Shown here one piece after another: positions 11,633-21,640 of a stretch of 51,347 bases of DNA (positions are counted from its first letter, which is position 1; each line of letters opens with the position of its first letter). The notes below the pieces were generated by a model, which worked only from the letters and a program-made list of their open reading frames with translations, had not been told where the DNA came from and made no database searches. Location: contig CASFQF010000001.1 in the NCBI GenBank assembly GCA_949296635.1, forward strand, positions 1 to 51,347. Reading direction: 5' to 3'. Source of the stretch: an uncultured Alistipes sp. GTDB taxonomy: Bacteria > Bacteroidota > Bacteroidia > Bacteroidales > Rikenellaceae. The position numbers and the translations under genes are program-made.

Positions 11633-11770
11633 AATTCTTGCGTGTTTCGGTGTGCGGCCGTCGCTGCGGCAGGGTGTCATGTCTGCGCGGGTCGGGCTGT
11701 ACCCTGCAAAAATAGCGATTTTTCGCATACGAACGTCTCCCGCGTGCGGCTATTTTGCGGCCGCAGGCGG

Positions 11771-11794
11771 AAAGAGCCCCGAAACGGGGCTCTT
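11771..11794 (-). terminator. Hairpin/terminator after the TlpA-family gene
   Basis: AAGAGCCCCG-AAA-CGGGGCTCTT perfect inverted repeat. Confidence 0.65.
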
Positions 11795-11832
11795 GCGCGT
11801 ATCGTAAGGCGGCGTATATTGCCGCGCGGGCG

Positions 11833-13497
11833 TCATTCCGCGCCGCAGTAGCGTGCGACCGTCCGCTCGATCTGCGCGGCCGAGGGGTCGCGCGCGAGGA
11901 TCTCGCCCGTGGCGGGGTCGATGAGTACCAGCAGGCCGCCGCCGTCGCCCGCGTTGTAGCTCTGCCATAGCGATATGCGGTCGTCGAGCTCCACAAGCAC
12001 GGGCCACTCGTATCCGTCTTTGGCGACGGCGGCGTCGAGGTCGTCGGTGTTGTCGAACTCGCGGGCGACGCTTACTACGGTGAAACCTCGGTCGCGGTAA
12101 CGCTCATAGATCGGTTTGTTGCGTATGGCCGCGCGGCGGCAGGGGCCGCACCACGAGGCCCACAGGTCGAGCAGCACGATGCGGCTGCCCTCGATCATCT
12201 CCGAGAAGCGGTGCATTGTCCCCTCGCGGTCGGGAGCCTCGAAATCGACATAGCGGCCTCCGACCTCGGTGCTCAGGGCGCGGATATATTCTGCGAGGCG
12301 CTGCCCGAGCGGGCGGTCGGCGAAACGCTCGGCATAGATGCCTGCCACACGCATTATGTCGTCGCGGTTATCCCATCTGTCGATGGTCTGGACGAGCGTT
12401 ATGACCCATGGCAGATAACCCTGCCGAACATTGCTCTCGGCGTGTTGCAGCGTGGCCTCTGCGGCCTCTCGGGTCTTCGTCTTGTATTCGCTCATCAGGG
12501 CGTAGAATTCGGGCGAGTAACGCTCCTCGTCGGTGAAACCATTGAGCGCCTTGAGAAGTGAATCCCTGCTGTCGGGATTGGACTCGGCCCTGAAGAGGGC
12601 CAGAGTCTCGCGGGCGCGGTCACTCATGTAGGCATCCCCGGGCATATCATAGTATGCGTCGAGTTTCGGGCCGTAGATGTCGCTCACGTCGCGTGACGGT
12701 TTGGCGATGGCATCCTTTTCGGCATTCATGCGTCCGCCTTTGATGGCGGTGGGAGCCTCCGCTCCCCATTCTATGCGTACCTTGCCCTTCTCGGCGAAGA
12801 ATTCGCACTGGTACCACGCCGAGACGGCAAATTCGTTCCACGGGATGAGGACGTAGAGGTCGTCGTCGGCGGGGATGTCGAACCCGAAACGGCCGTCGGT
12901 GACGGGTATGGCACGCGATTTAGACACCATGTCCCGTGCGTTGCCGTCGTAGTCGGTCCAGCGGCACAACATCAGCAGGGTGGTTGCGGGGCGGTCGTGC
13001 AGTGTGCCCTCGACGCGGCATACGGGCCCCTTGCGGAGCGAGTCGGGCGGCGTGAGGAATATCCCCTCCACGTTGAACGAGGCGCTCACGTCGGCCGTAA
13101 GGTCTATCTGCCGGTCGGCGGGGTCGAGAGGTTCGAAGCGCATGGTGAAACGCTTTATTCCCGTGCTGTCGTGCGTGTAGCGGTGGCGGACGGTCAGGTC
13201 GTCCGAGCCGAGGTAGCGGTAGCGGCGGCCGCTCTGACGGCCCGTGAGGCAGGGCTCGCCGCTCTGCCTGTCTCTTTCGATCATGAACCAGTTGTCGACA
13301 TAGCCTATGACGGCAATGTCAATGACGGTGGCCGTGTCGAGGGTCTCGATGCGCAGTACGCGGAGCATTTCAGCCTGCTCGCAATACGGGTTTTCGATCG
13401 TTCGGCTGCGGCCGCATGATATGGCCGCGAAGAGGATCAGCGCGGCGGCAATAGCGCGGAGAAGGGTGAATTTGGGCTTGCTTTCCATATGGTTCAT
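11833..13497 (-). CDS. TlpA-family thiol-disulfide oxidoreductase lipoprotein
   Basis: Lipobox-like AISC after a hydrophobic leader. C-terminal thioredoxin fold with LDLWASWCGPCR. Confidence 0.85.
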   Translation of the reverse strand: MNHMESKPKFTLLRAIAAALILFAAISCGRSRTIENPYCEQAEMLRVLRIETLDTATVIDIAVIGYVDNWFMIERDRQSGEPCLTGRQSGRRYRYLGSDDLTVRHRYTHDSTGIKRFTMRFEPLDPADRQIDLTADVSASFNVEGIFLTPPDSLRKGPVCRVEGTLHDRPATTLLMLCRWTDYDGNARDMVSKSRAIPVTDGRFGFDIPADDDLYVLIPWNEFAVSAWYQCEFFAEKGKVRIEWGAEAPTAIKGGRMNAEKDAIAKPSRDVSDIYGPKLDAYYDMPGDAYMSDRARETLALFRAESNPDSRDSLLKALNGFTDEERYSPEFYALMSEYKTKTREAAEATLQHAESNVRQGYLPWVITLVQTIDRWDNRDDIMRVAGIYAERFADRPLGQRLAEYIRALSTEVGGRYVDFEAPDREGTMHRFSEMIEGSRIVLLDLWASWCGPCRRAAIRNKPIYERYRDRGFTVVSVAREFDNTDDLDAAVAKDGYEWPVLVELDDRISLWQSYNAGDGGGLLVLIDPATGEILARDPSAAQIERTVARYCGAE

Positions 13498-13518
13498 TGT
13501 TGCGTTGGCGTTTGGTCT

Positions 13519-15054
13519 TTATCTATGAGGTTGTTTACGCGGTTGCAGCGCCCCGATGGCGACGGTGCCACGGTCGGTACGCGGATTGCCTGCAAAATCT
13601 TTCTCTCCGTTGAGACCTCCGTCAAGGAGGATGCCCTCGGCGGCGGCTTCGCCTGCGGGGGTGAAGTCGGAATCAAGCTGCGGTTCGGAGCCGAAGACAG
13701 GGCGGGCGATATATACCGCATCGGCGTCGCCGCCCGAGGCCTCGCGCCATGCCTCCAGAGAGCGCAGGGATTCGCCGTCGCGCTGCTGCCAGAGCCACCC
13801 TGCGGGCCCGCTGTAGAGGTTGCGCTCGAAGCGGTTGCTGCTGCCCGTGGCGGTGTATTTGTGTACGAAGAGATCGTCGGCAGAGGATGTGCAGACGATG
13901 TTGTTGGCTACGGTGTTGTCGCGGCAGTTCTCCGTGAGGCGCAGTTCGCCCTCCGTCTCGCCGAAGGCGCCGCGTACAAGGTTGTTGTCGGCGAGCGTGT
14001 TGTTGACGATGGCGCAGCGCTCGGTGCCGCCGCCCGTGTAGTCGAGGTAGCCGCCCATGTAGATGCCCGTGCGGCGGCAGGCGGTGACGATGTTGTTGCG
14101 CACGATGCAGCCGACGGTGGGGTAGGCGTCGGTCTCGCTCACGATGCCTATGCCGCGGTCGCAGCGGTGGATACGGTTGCGCTCGATGACGATGTCGCGC
14201 GCCCCGTCGGCATAGATCGCTATGGCGCCGCAGTTCCCTTTCAACTGTCCCAGCTCGTTGTCGATGTCGTAGATGGTGTTGCATCGGATGACGCCGTTGC
14301 GGGCGTAGTTGAGCTCGGGTTTGCGGTTGGCGGCATAGCCTCCCGCCGCGTCGATGGCGATGTTCGAGCAGCGGAATATCTCGTTGTTTTCGATGCGGAA
14401 GCCGTCGACATGTCCGTTTACGGTGACGGCCTCCGAGGTACCCGTGACGCAGTCGTGGATGCGGTTGTCCACGACGGCGATGCGCCCGACGGCCTGCTCC
14501 GTGTTGCCTATGACGAGTATGGCGTGGGCGCTGGGGTATGTGTAGCGCGGCGCCGTGTTGCGTATCGAATGGATGTGGTTGCCGCGCAGGGTGATGTCGG
14601 TGGAGCCGGCCTCGACGACGATGCCGTTGGCCTCGCGCCCCGCCTCCGAAGTCTGGAGCCCCGTTATCTCGAACCCTTCGACGGTGATGTGGCTGCGGCC
14701 GCGGATGAGGAGCATGTCGGTGCGCCCCTCGACGTCGAGGCCCTCGCCGCTGATGACAACGCGCTCGCCGCGGCATGCCATGAGGACGATACGGGCGTCG
14801 GCGCGTCCCGACGCGGGAAATGCCACCTGCTCGCGGTAGGTGCCGCCGCGTACGAATACCGTATCTCCGGCACCGGCCTGCTGCAGGGCGCGGGTAATGG
14901 TGCGGAAGGGGCGGCGCAGCGAGCCTTTGGCTGCGTCGTCGCCGTCTTCGGCGACGTAGTAGCGGTCGGGGCGGCCGGTTCGGGCCTGTAGCGCCGCTGC
15001 GCAGGATATGGTTGCTGCGGCAAGGGCGAATGACAGTATGGCGGTTAATTTCAT
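13519..15054 (-). CDS. Secreted right-handed parallel beta-helix protein (pectate-lyase-like, DUF1565 N-terminus)
   Basis: YYVAEDGDDAAKGS..RPFRTI..A.AGDTVFVRGGTY start, repeated xxNxI beta-helix rungs, and C-terminal DFAGNPR...IGA motif. Confidence 0.8.
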   Translation of the reverse strand: MKLTAILSFALAAATISCAAALQARTGRPDRYYVAEDGDDAAKGSLRRPFRTITRALQQAGAGDTVFVRGGTYREQVAFPASGRADARIVLMACRGERVVISGEGLDVEGRTDMLLIRGRSHITVEGFEITGLQTSEAGREANGIVVEAGSTDITLRGNHIHSIRNTAPRYTYPSAHAILVIGNTEQAVGRIAVVDNRIHDCVTGTSEAVTVNGHVDGFRIENNEIFRCSNIAIDAAGGYAANRKPELNYARNGVIRCNTIYDIDNELGQLKGNCGAIAIYADGARDIVIERNRIHRCDRGIGIVSETDAYPTVGCIVRNNIVTACRRTGIYMGGYLDYTGGGTERCAIVNNTLADNNLVRGAFGETEGELRLTENCRDNTVANNIVCTSSADDLFVHKYTATGSSNRFERNLYSGPAGWLWQQRDGESLRSLEAWREASGGDADAVYIARPVFGSEPQLDSDFTPAGEAAAEGILLDGGLNGEKDFAGNPRTDRGTVAIGALQPRKQPHR

Positions 15055-15352
15055 TGTGTCGTTTTGTTCGAGTCTGCGGCCCGAAGCGTCTGTCGCGGGA
15101 TGTGGGCGGCACTGGCCGTATATCGTTGCGGATGCATACGTTTAGACGCATTTGCGGCGAAAAGGTTACGCTGCGGCGGCCTTCCTGTATTTGGTTGCTG
15201 TCTCGGGCGCCGTGCATGCGGCACGGACAGGCGGGGCAAAGCACTCCTGAAAGAGGCGCCTTCAGCCCGCGGCCCTTTATCGCAAATGTACGAATATATT
15301 TGTAAAAAGGCCCCATGTCGGAAATAATGACGGGATTTTGGCGTTATTTTAT

Positions 15353-15360
15353 TACCTTTG
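15353..15360 (+). promoter_or_regulatory. -7 promoter element (TACCTTTG) for the DUF2723 gene
   Basis: TAnnTTTG consensus in an AT-rich intergenic stretch. A divergent TACATTTG lies at 15283-15290 on the minus strand. Confidence 0.6.
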
Positions 15361-15446
15361 CCCGAAATATGCCGACAGGGCCGCACGGCGGCGGCATGCC
15401 GCAAGACCGTGTCGGATTTGGAGATAGATTTTTTACCGGAAAAAAT

Positions 15447-18400
15447 ATGGATTTCAAACGTTGGAACAGAATCGTGGGGTGGGCGGTCTTCGCCGTGGCC
15501 GCCGCGACCTATCTGCTTACGATGGAGCCCTCGTCGAGCCTGTGGGACTGCGCCGAGTTCATCGCCACATCATACAAACTCGAGGTGGGGCACCCGCCCG
15601 GAGCCCCGCTCTTCATGCTCATGGCCCGCATAGCCACCATGTTCGCACCCTCGACGCATTACGTGCCGCACATGGTCAACGCCATGAACTGTCTGGCCAG
15701 CGCATTCTGCATACTCTTCCTCTTCTGGTCGATCACGCATATCGCCCGCCGCATATACGGCGCCGGCGGCCGCGCGCTTACCGACAACGACAAGATCGCC
15801 ATCCTCGGTGCGGGCGCCGTGGGCGCGCTGGCCTACACCTTCACCGACACCTTCTGGTTCTCGGCCGTCGAGGGCGAGGTATACTCCCTCTCGTCGATGT
15901 TCACGGCGCTGGTGCTGTGGCTCATGCTCAAGTGGGAGGAGCAGGCCGACCAGCCCCATTCGGCCCGCTGGATCGTGCTCATAGCCTACCTTATGGGCCT
16001 GTCGATAGGCGTGCATATCCTTAACCTGCTGACCATACCGGCGCTGGTGTTCATCTACTACTTCCGCAAGTACGACCGTATCACGCTGCGCGGCGTGGCC
16101 ATCGCCACGCTCGTGTCGCTCGCCATACTCGGGTTCATAAACGGCATAATAATACCCTACACGGTATATGTCGGGGCGATGGTCGACGTCTTCTTCGTCA
16201 ATACGCTCCACCTGCCCGTCAACTCGGGTATCGTGGTCTTCGCACTGGCGCTCTTCGCGGCGCTCTTCTACGGCGTCTACCGCACCCACCGCGCGGGCCG
16301 CAAGCTGTGGAACCTGCTGCTGCTCTCGACGACGATGATCCTCATCGGCTTCTCGTCGTACGCCACCATGACGATCCGCGCCGTGGCCAACCCGCCCATG
16401 AACAGCAACAACCCCAACAACCCCCATGCGCTGCTCTCGGTGCTCAACCGCGACCAGTACGGCAACCGCCCGCTGCTCTACGGCCCCTATTACTCGTCGC
16501 CCATAGACGACTACGTGCAGGAGACCACGTACTATTTCGACAAGGAGAGCGGCCGCTACCAGCGTGCCACCGAGCTGACGGGGTATACATATCCGTCGCA
16601 GTTCAAGCATATTTTCCCCCGCGTGTGGAACTCCATGAAGGGTGAGGCGGAATACAAGCCGTGGGCGGCATACCGCACCAAGACCGACGTCATGCGCGAC
16701 GAGAACGGCGAGCCGATACGCGACGAGCAGGGCCGCGTGGTGACGGGTGAGGTGGTCGACTTCGGCCGTACGGTATACGACCCCCTGACGGGCGAGAGTT
16801 TCGTCGAGCCTACATTCGGCGAGAATCTCTACTACTTCTTCACCTACCAGCTCAACTACATGTACTGGCGCTATTTCCTGTGGAACTTCGTGGGGCGTCA
16901 GGACGACATACAGGCCGGCAAGGAGACCATCGCCCACGGCAACTGGCTCTCGGGCATCGACGCCGTGGACAAGATATACCTCGGGCCGCAGACGATGCTG
17001 CCGCGCGAGATGGCCGACAACCCCGCGCGTAACACCTATTTCTTCCTGCCCTTCCTGCTGGGCATTCTCGGTCTCATTTACCAGCTCAACCGCGACCAGC
17101 GCAACTTCACGGTGGTGATGTGGCTCTTCGTGATGATGGGTGTGGCGCTGGTGGTCTACTTCAACACCTGCCCCTCGGAGCCGCGCGAGCGAGACTACGT
17201 ATATGCCGGTTCGTTCTACGCTTTCTCGATGTGGATAGGGTTGGGCGTGCTGGCCCTGCGCGACTTCTTGGCCTATGTCATGGGGCGCGACTCGCGTGCC
17301 GCGGCCGTCATGGCCACGGTGGTATGCCTCGGCGTGCCGGCGCTGCTTGCGGCGCAGAACTGGGACGACCATGACCGTTCGGGCCGTACCTTCGCCCGCG
17401 ACATCGGTTGGAACTACCTGCAGTCGGTGCCCGAGAACGCCATCGTCATCAACTACGGCGACAACGATACCTTCCCCCTGTGGTTCAATCAGGAGGTTGA
17501 CGGCGTGCGTACCGACGTGCGCGTCATGAACTCGAGCTATCTGGGCGGCGACTGGTATATCGACGAGATGCGCGTCCGCTCGAACGAGTCGGACCCTGTG
17601 CCGTTCTCGCTGCCGAGCAGCAAATATACCCGTGTGAACGATATGCTGCCCGTACGTGAGAAGGTGGACCGCGTGGTGGAGATCCGTGAACTGATGAATT
17701 TCATCGCCAGCGAGGAGGAGGGTACGAAACTCCAGCTCGTGGACGGATCGCTTATCGACTACGTGCCGGCAAGACGCATAGCCATCCCCGTGAACAAGGA
17801 CAACGCCATCGCCGCGGGTATCGTCAAGGAGGAGGACCGCGATTTGATGGTCGACACGGTATACCTGAACATATCGGATCGCAAACGCTCGATCGACAAG
17901 AGCGAGATGATGCTTCTGGACCTGCTCGCGACGTTCGACTGGAGCCGCCCGATATGCTTTACGCAGGTCTACATACTGCAGGACTTCGGCCTGCTCGACT
18001 ACCTGCAGTTTGACGGTTACTCGTACCGCCTTGTGCCGATCCTTACGCCCTACCGTTCGGCTTGGGACATCGGCCGCATCGACACCGAGGTGGCATACCC
18101 GCTGCTGAAGGAGACGATGCGCTACGGCAACCTGTCGGATCCCGACGTGCATGCCGACTACTTCGTTCAGTACAACCTGAGCGCGTCGCGCGCCCGCGAG
18201 GCCTTTGCCCGCGTGGCCCGCAAGCTGCTGCAGGAGAACCAGCCCGAGAAGGCGCGCGAGATGCTGGACCGCGGCCTCGAGGTACTGCCCTCGCTAAAGA
18301 TACACTACACGGATGCCAACACTTATCCCTTCATCGAGTGTTACTACCTGCTGGAGGATTACGAGAAGGGCGATGCCCTGCTGAAGGATTACGCCGAGAC

Positions 18401-18650
18401 GCTGAAGGAGTATATCGAGTACTACCTGCAGTTCGACGGGGCAAAGGCGGCCATTGTGTCGGACCTCATCACCGAGAAGCTCGACAGCCTCTACGAGTTG
18501 TACTATCTTGCGGCCTACGCCCGACGCGACGATCTGGTGCGGTATTTCAACGAGTATTTCCGCACGTTCGGCTATACCGAGGAAGAACTCATACAGCCCG
18601 GCACTGATTCGGGCGAGTTGATGGACGCCCCCGTGGTGGACATGAAATAG
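15447..18650 (+). CDS. DUF2723 polytopic membrane protein (TMEM260/GT117-like GT-C glycosyltransferase)
   Basis: SLWDCAEFIATSYKLEVGHPPGAPLF, FWFSAVEGEVYS, PRERDYVY and GDNDTFPLW motifs. Start corrected to MDFKRW. Confidence 0.88.
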   Translation: MDFKRWNRIVGWAVFAVAAATYLLTMEPSSSLWDCAEFIATSYKLEVGHPPGAPLFMLMARIATMFAPSTHYVPHMVNAMNCLASAFCILFLFWSITHIARRIYGAGGRALTDNDKIAILGAGAVGALAYTFTDTFWFSAVEGEVYSLSSMFTALVLWLMLKWEEQADQPHSARWIVLIAYLMGLSIGVHILNLLTIPALVFIYYFRKYDRITLRGVAIATLVSLAILGFINGIIIPYTVYVGAMVDVFFVNTLHLPVNSGIVVFALALFAALFYGVYRTHRAGRKLWNLLLLSTTMILIGFSSYATMTIRAVANPPMNSNNPNNPHALLSVLNRDQYGNRPLLYGPYYSSPIDDYVQETTYYFDKESGRYQRATELTGYTYPSQFKHIFPRVWNSMKGEAEYKPWAAYRTKTDVMRDENGEPIRDEQGRVVTGEVVDFGRTVYDPLTGESFVEPTFGENLYYFFTYQLNYMYWRYFLWNFVGRQDDIQAGKETIAHGNWLSGIDAVDKIYLGPQTMLPREMADNPARNTYFFLPFLLGILGLIYQLNRDQRNFTVVMWLFVMMGVALVVYFNTCPSEPRERDYVYAGSFYAFSMWIGLGVLALRDFLAYVMGRDSRAAAVMATVVCLGVPALLAAQNWDDHDRSGRTFARDIGWNYLQSVPENAIVINYGDNDTFPLWFNQEVDGVRTDVRVMNSSYLGGDWYIDEMRVRSNESDPVPFSLPSSKYTRVNDMLPVREKVDRVVEIRELMNFIASEEEGTKLQLVDGSLIDYVPARRIAIPVNKDNAIAAGIVKEEDRDLMVDTVYLNISDRKRSIDKSEMMLLDLLATFDWSRPICFTQVYILQDFGLLDYLQFDGYSYRLVPILTPYRSAWDIGRIDTEVAYPLLKETMRYGNLSDPDVHADYFVQYNLSASRAREAFARVARKLLQENQPEKAREMLDRGLEVLPSLKIHYTDANTYPFIECYYLLEDYEKGDALLKDYAETLKEYIEYYLQFDGAKAAIVSDLITEKLDSLYELYYLAAYARRDDLVRYFNEYFRTFGYTEEELIQPGTDSGELMDAPVVDMK

Positions 18651-18673
18651 CGCGCGGCCGGCAGCGGCATGGA

Positions 18674-18712
18674 AGGCAGACGGGCCCGAATTGCATTCGG
18701 GCCCGTCTGCCT
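18674..18712. terminator. Hairpin between convergent DUF2723 and queG genes
   Basis: Perfect 18-bp inverted repeat AGGCAGACGGGCCCGAAT/ATTCGGGCCCGTCTGCCT. Confidence 0.75.
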
Positions 18713-18732
18713 GTTCTTGGGGATGGTTGTTG

Positions 18733-19668
18733 TCACGGCCGTGTCTTCCTTCCCGATGCCGCATTGCGGGCGGCATTGCGGCGCAGGCGTTCGAGGCCGC
18801 TGCGTTTGAGGGGTGTCGTGCCGAAGCGTTCTGCGAACTCCCCGTCGCCCATCTCGGCCCACTGTGCGGCGCCGATGGCCGCAGGGTCGAAGAGCGGGTC
18901 GAATGCGGGGTTGGCATGCAGGGGAGCACGGCGGTTGTAGGGACAGCAGTTCTGGCATTCGTCGCAGCCGAAGATCCAGCCGTGCAGGTCGATGCCGCGG
19001 TCGGGCGCGGCCTCTATGGTGTGGCACGATATGCAGCGCGAGGCGTCCACCGTCATGGGCTCCGTTACGGCACCCGTGGGGCAGGCATCCATACAGCGGC
19101 GGCAGCCGCCGCACCCGCTGCCGGCGTACGGCGTATCGTATTCGTCGGCCTCGTCGCACAACACAAGTTCTCCCAGCAGTACGAACGACCCGAAGCGGGG
19201 CGTTATGAGCAGCGACTGCCGGCCGATCCACCCGAGACCCGCCTCGACGGCATACTGCTTTTCGAGCAGCGGCGCCGAGTCGACGAAGGCGCGTCCCGTG
19301 AGAGCGGGATGTTCGGCCTGCAGCGTACGCAGCATTTGCATCAGCATCTTGCGTATCGTTTTGTGGTAGTCGCGGCTGCAGGCATAGGAGGCGATGCGGG
19401 TACGGCACTCCGTACCGTAGCCCTCGCTGATGCCGGAGCGGTAGCTTACGGCACATACGATTACCGTGCGGGCCCCTTCGACCAGCCGCCGCGTGTCGAA
19501 GCGCAGGTCGAGGTGGTTGCGCATGTATGTGAGGGAGGCGTCGTATCCGCGCTCCAGCCAGCGGCGGAAGGCCGCTTCGTTGAGGTCGAAGCGGCGTGCG
19601 CGGGCTATGCCGCAGAGATCGAAACCCGCATCGCGGGCGAGGCTTTTTATGCGCTGCGACTCCAACAT
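18733..19668 (-). CDS. queG: tRNA epoxyqueuosine(34) reductase
   Basis: RDYH, FVDSAPLLEK, AGLGWIG, CGGCRRCMDACPTGA and IFGCDECQNCCPYN motifs. Confidence 0.93.
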   Translation of the reverse strand: MLESQRIKSLARDAGFDLCGIARARRFDLNEAAFRRWLERGYDASLTYMRNHLDLRFDTRRLVEGARTVIVCAVSYRSGISEGYGTECRTRIASYACSRDYHKTIRKMLMQMLRTLQAEHPALTGRAFVDSAPLLEKQYAVEAGLGWIGRQSLLITPRFGSFVLLGELVLCDEADEYDTPYAGSGCGGCRRCMDACPTGAVTEPMTVDASRCISCHTIEAAPDRGIDLHGWIFGCDECQNCCPYNRRAPLHANPAFDPLFDPAAIGAAQWAEMGDGEFAERFGTTPLKRSGLERLRRNAARNAASGRKTRP

Positions 19669-19749
19669 AGGCTATTTCGTCTCAAATATACCTATAATTT
19701 CATATTTTTTTTATACCTTAGGTGCGAATTTCACAAAGACAATTGCTTA

Positions 19750-21531
19750 ATGAGGGCTTCCAATACACTTTATGAACTTCTTGAAAACAGCATAAAAGAG
19801 TATAGGGACAATGTCGCCTATTCGATGTTCGGAGGCGAGGATGTGACGTATGCCGAGGTGGGGCGGCGTGTGGCGATGGTACAGCAGATGCTCCTCGACG
19901 CTGGCCTCAACGCCGGCGACAAGGTGGCAATACTCAGCAGCAACATGCCCAATTGGGGTGTCTGCTACTTCGCCGTGGTCACGGCCGGCATGGTTGCGGT
20001 GCCTATACTGCCCGATTTTACGGAGAAGGAACTCGACATGCTCATAAGCCACTCCGAGGCCAAGGCGCTCTTCGTGTCGGACAAACTCTTCACCAAACTG
20101 TCGAAGGAGACGGTGGCGATGCTCGACATAGTCATCCGTACGAAAAACCTCGGCATCATATCGCAGCGTACGACGGGCAAGGGCGTACGCCGTGTGCCGC
20201 AGCCCGACGATCTGGCTGTCATAATATATACCTCGGGCACCATGTCGCGCCCCAAGGGAGTGATGCTCACGCACTACAATCTGGCGTCGAACGTCAACAT
20301 GATGTACGGGCTGTTCCCTATCGACGAGCATGACTCGATGCTCTCGGTGCTGCCGTTGTCGCATACGTACGAGTGTACGGTGGGCATGCTCTATCCCTTT
20401 GCGGCGGGAGGCCGGGTCACGTATCTCGAGAAGCCCCCTACGGCGTCGATACTGATGCCGGCGCTGCGGGCGGTGCGCCCCACGTGCTTCCTGATCGTGC
20501 CGCTCATAATAGAGAAGATATACCGCAGCCAGATATACGCAAAGTTCTCATCCAACGCCTTTTTGCGCAAGGTCTACGGCAACGACTTCCTGCGCCGCCA
20601 GATACACAGGCTTGCGGGCCGGCGCCTGATGAAGGTCTTCGGCGGGCGCCTGCGTTTCCTCGGCATCGGTGGCGCGAAGCTCAATACGCAGGTGGAGCAG
20701 TTCCTCGTCGAGTCTCGTTTGCCGTATGCCATAGGTTACGGCCTCACGGAGACGGCACCCATGGTGGCCGGAGCCGTGCCGGCGATGCCGCGCAAGGTCG
20801 GTTCTACGGGGCGGGCGATGGACGGGCTTCAGGTGCGGCTGGACAATGTCAACCCCGAGACGCATCAGGGAGAGATCGTCATAAACTCACCGTCTATGAT
20901 GCGGGGCTACTATAAGAACGAGGCCGCAACAGCCGAGGCTTTCACCGCCGACGGCTGGTTCCGTACGGGCGATCTGGGATATATCGACGGGGATGGTATC
21001 ATCTATATCAAGGGCCGTCTGAAGAACATGATCGTAGGCCCGAGCGGCGAGAACATATATCCCGAGGAGATCGAGTCTGTACTCAATTCCAATGCCTATG
21101 TTTCGGAGTCGATAGTGACGCAGCAGGACGGTCATCTTGTGGCGCTGGTGCACTTCGACAAGGATGCCATCGAGAAGCTCAAGGGCGAATTGATGGAGAA
21201 GTGGGAGATCACGCGCGACGACTGGCACCGCAAGGTGGGCGAGTGGAACGCGAAGAAGGAGGAGATCAAGCAGGAGATCATGCGTTATGTCAACTCGAAG
21301 GTCAACAAGTTCTCGCGCATCACCGAGGTGGTGGAGGAGGATGCGGGATTCGAGAAGACCCCCACGCAGAAGATACGCCGTTTCAAGTACAACGGGAATG
21401 CCTCCAACAGCGGGGATACAGCGGCGCCGGAGGCGCAGCACGACGGGCCTGACGGCAGTGCGGTGCCGGAGCCTGCCCCGGACCATGCCGCCGCGACCGG
21501 GGATTCCGCCGCGCCGGAGAAGGCGGAATGA
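19750..21531 (+). CDS. Long-chain fatty acid--CoA ligase (AMP-binding family)
   Basis: IIYTSGT..PKGVMLTH, GYGLTET, GWFRTGDLG and GENIYPEEIE motifs. Start set at MRASNTL; the upstream 353 codons of the ORF track are a queG antisense shadow. Confidence 0.92.
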   Translation: MRASNTLYELLENSIKEYRDNVAYSMFGGEDVTYAEVGRRVAMVQQMLLDAGLNAGDKVAILSSNMPNWGVCYFAVVTAGMVAVPILPDFTEKELDMLISHSEAKALFVSDKLFTKLSKETVAMLDIVIRTKNLGIISQRTTGKGVRRVPQPDDLAVIIYTSGTMSRPKGVMLTHYNLASNVNMMYGLFPIDEHDSMLSVLPLSHTYECTVGMLYPFAAGGRVTYLEKPPTASILMPALRAVRPTCFLIVPLIIEKIYRSQIYAKFSSNAFLRKVYGNDFLRRQIHRLAGRRLMKVFGGRLRFLGIGGAKLNTQVEQFLVESRLPYAIGYGLTETAPMVAGAVPAMPRKVGSTGRAMDGLQVRLDNVNPETHQGEIVINSPSMMRGYYKNEAATAEAFTADGWFRTGDLGYIDGDGIIYIKGRLKNMIVGPSGENIYPEEIESVLNSNAYVSESIVTQQDGHLVALVHFDKDAIEKLKGELMEKWEITRDDWHRKVGEWNAKKEEIKQEIMRYVNSKVNKFSRITEVVEEDAGFEKTPTQKIRRFKYNGNASNSGDTAAPEAQHDGPDGSAVPEPAPDHAAATGDSAAPEKAE

Positions 21532-21573
21532 CGCGCGGCAGAGGGTATCGAGGCGTATTCCGTATAATGGGAG

Positions 21574-21608
21574 AGAGGGGAGGGTTCCATCATGGAGCCC
21601 TCCCCTCT
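21574..21608. terminator. Hairpin between convergent genes
   Basis: AGAGGGGAGGGTTCCA/TGGAGCCCTCCCCTCT 16-bp stem with one G-U. Confidence 0.7.
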
Positions 21609-21640
21609 GGGTTGTGCGCGCCAAGCACCGCGGCGGCGCG

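Noticed and set aside
15245-15275. Glycine-riboswitch-like words (GCTGAAGGCGC...CTCTTTCAGG, minus strand)
   Set aside because: The GGAGA-containing P2 and the P3 spacing are missing, and the downstream gene is unrelated to glycine metabolism.
15570-18152. 860-aa antisense ORF, and similar long ORFs such as 1862-3997, 10113-11996, 10157-11851, 13489-14991, 13673-15316 and 31048-32676
   Set aside because: These are stop-poor shadow frames expected from high-GC codon bias. They overlap well-supported genes and have no motifs.
18691-19749. 353-aa N-terminal extension of the acyl-CoA ligase (946-aa ORF)
   Set aside because: It is an antisense shadow of queG. The real start is the ATG at 19750 after an AT-rich intergenic stretch.
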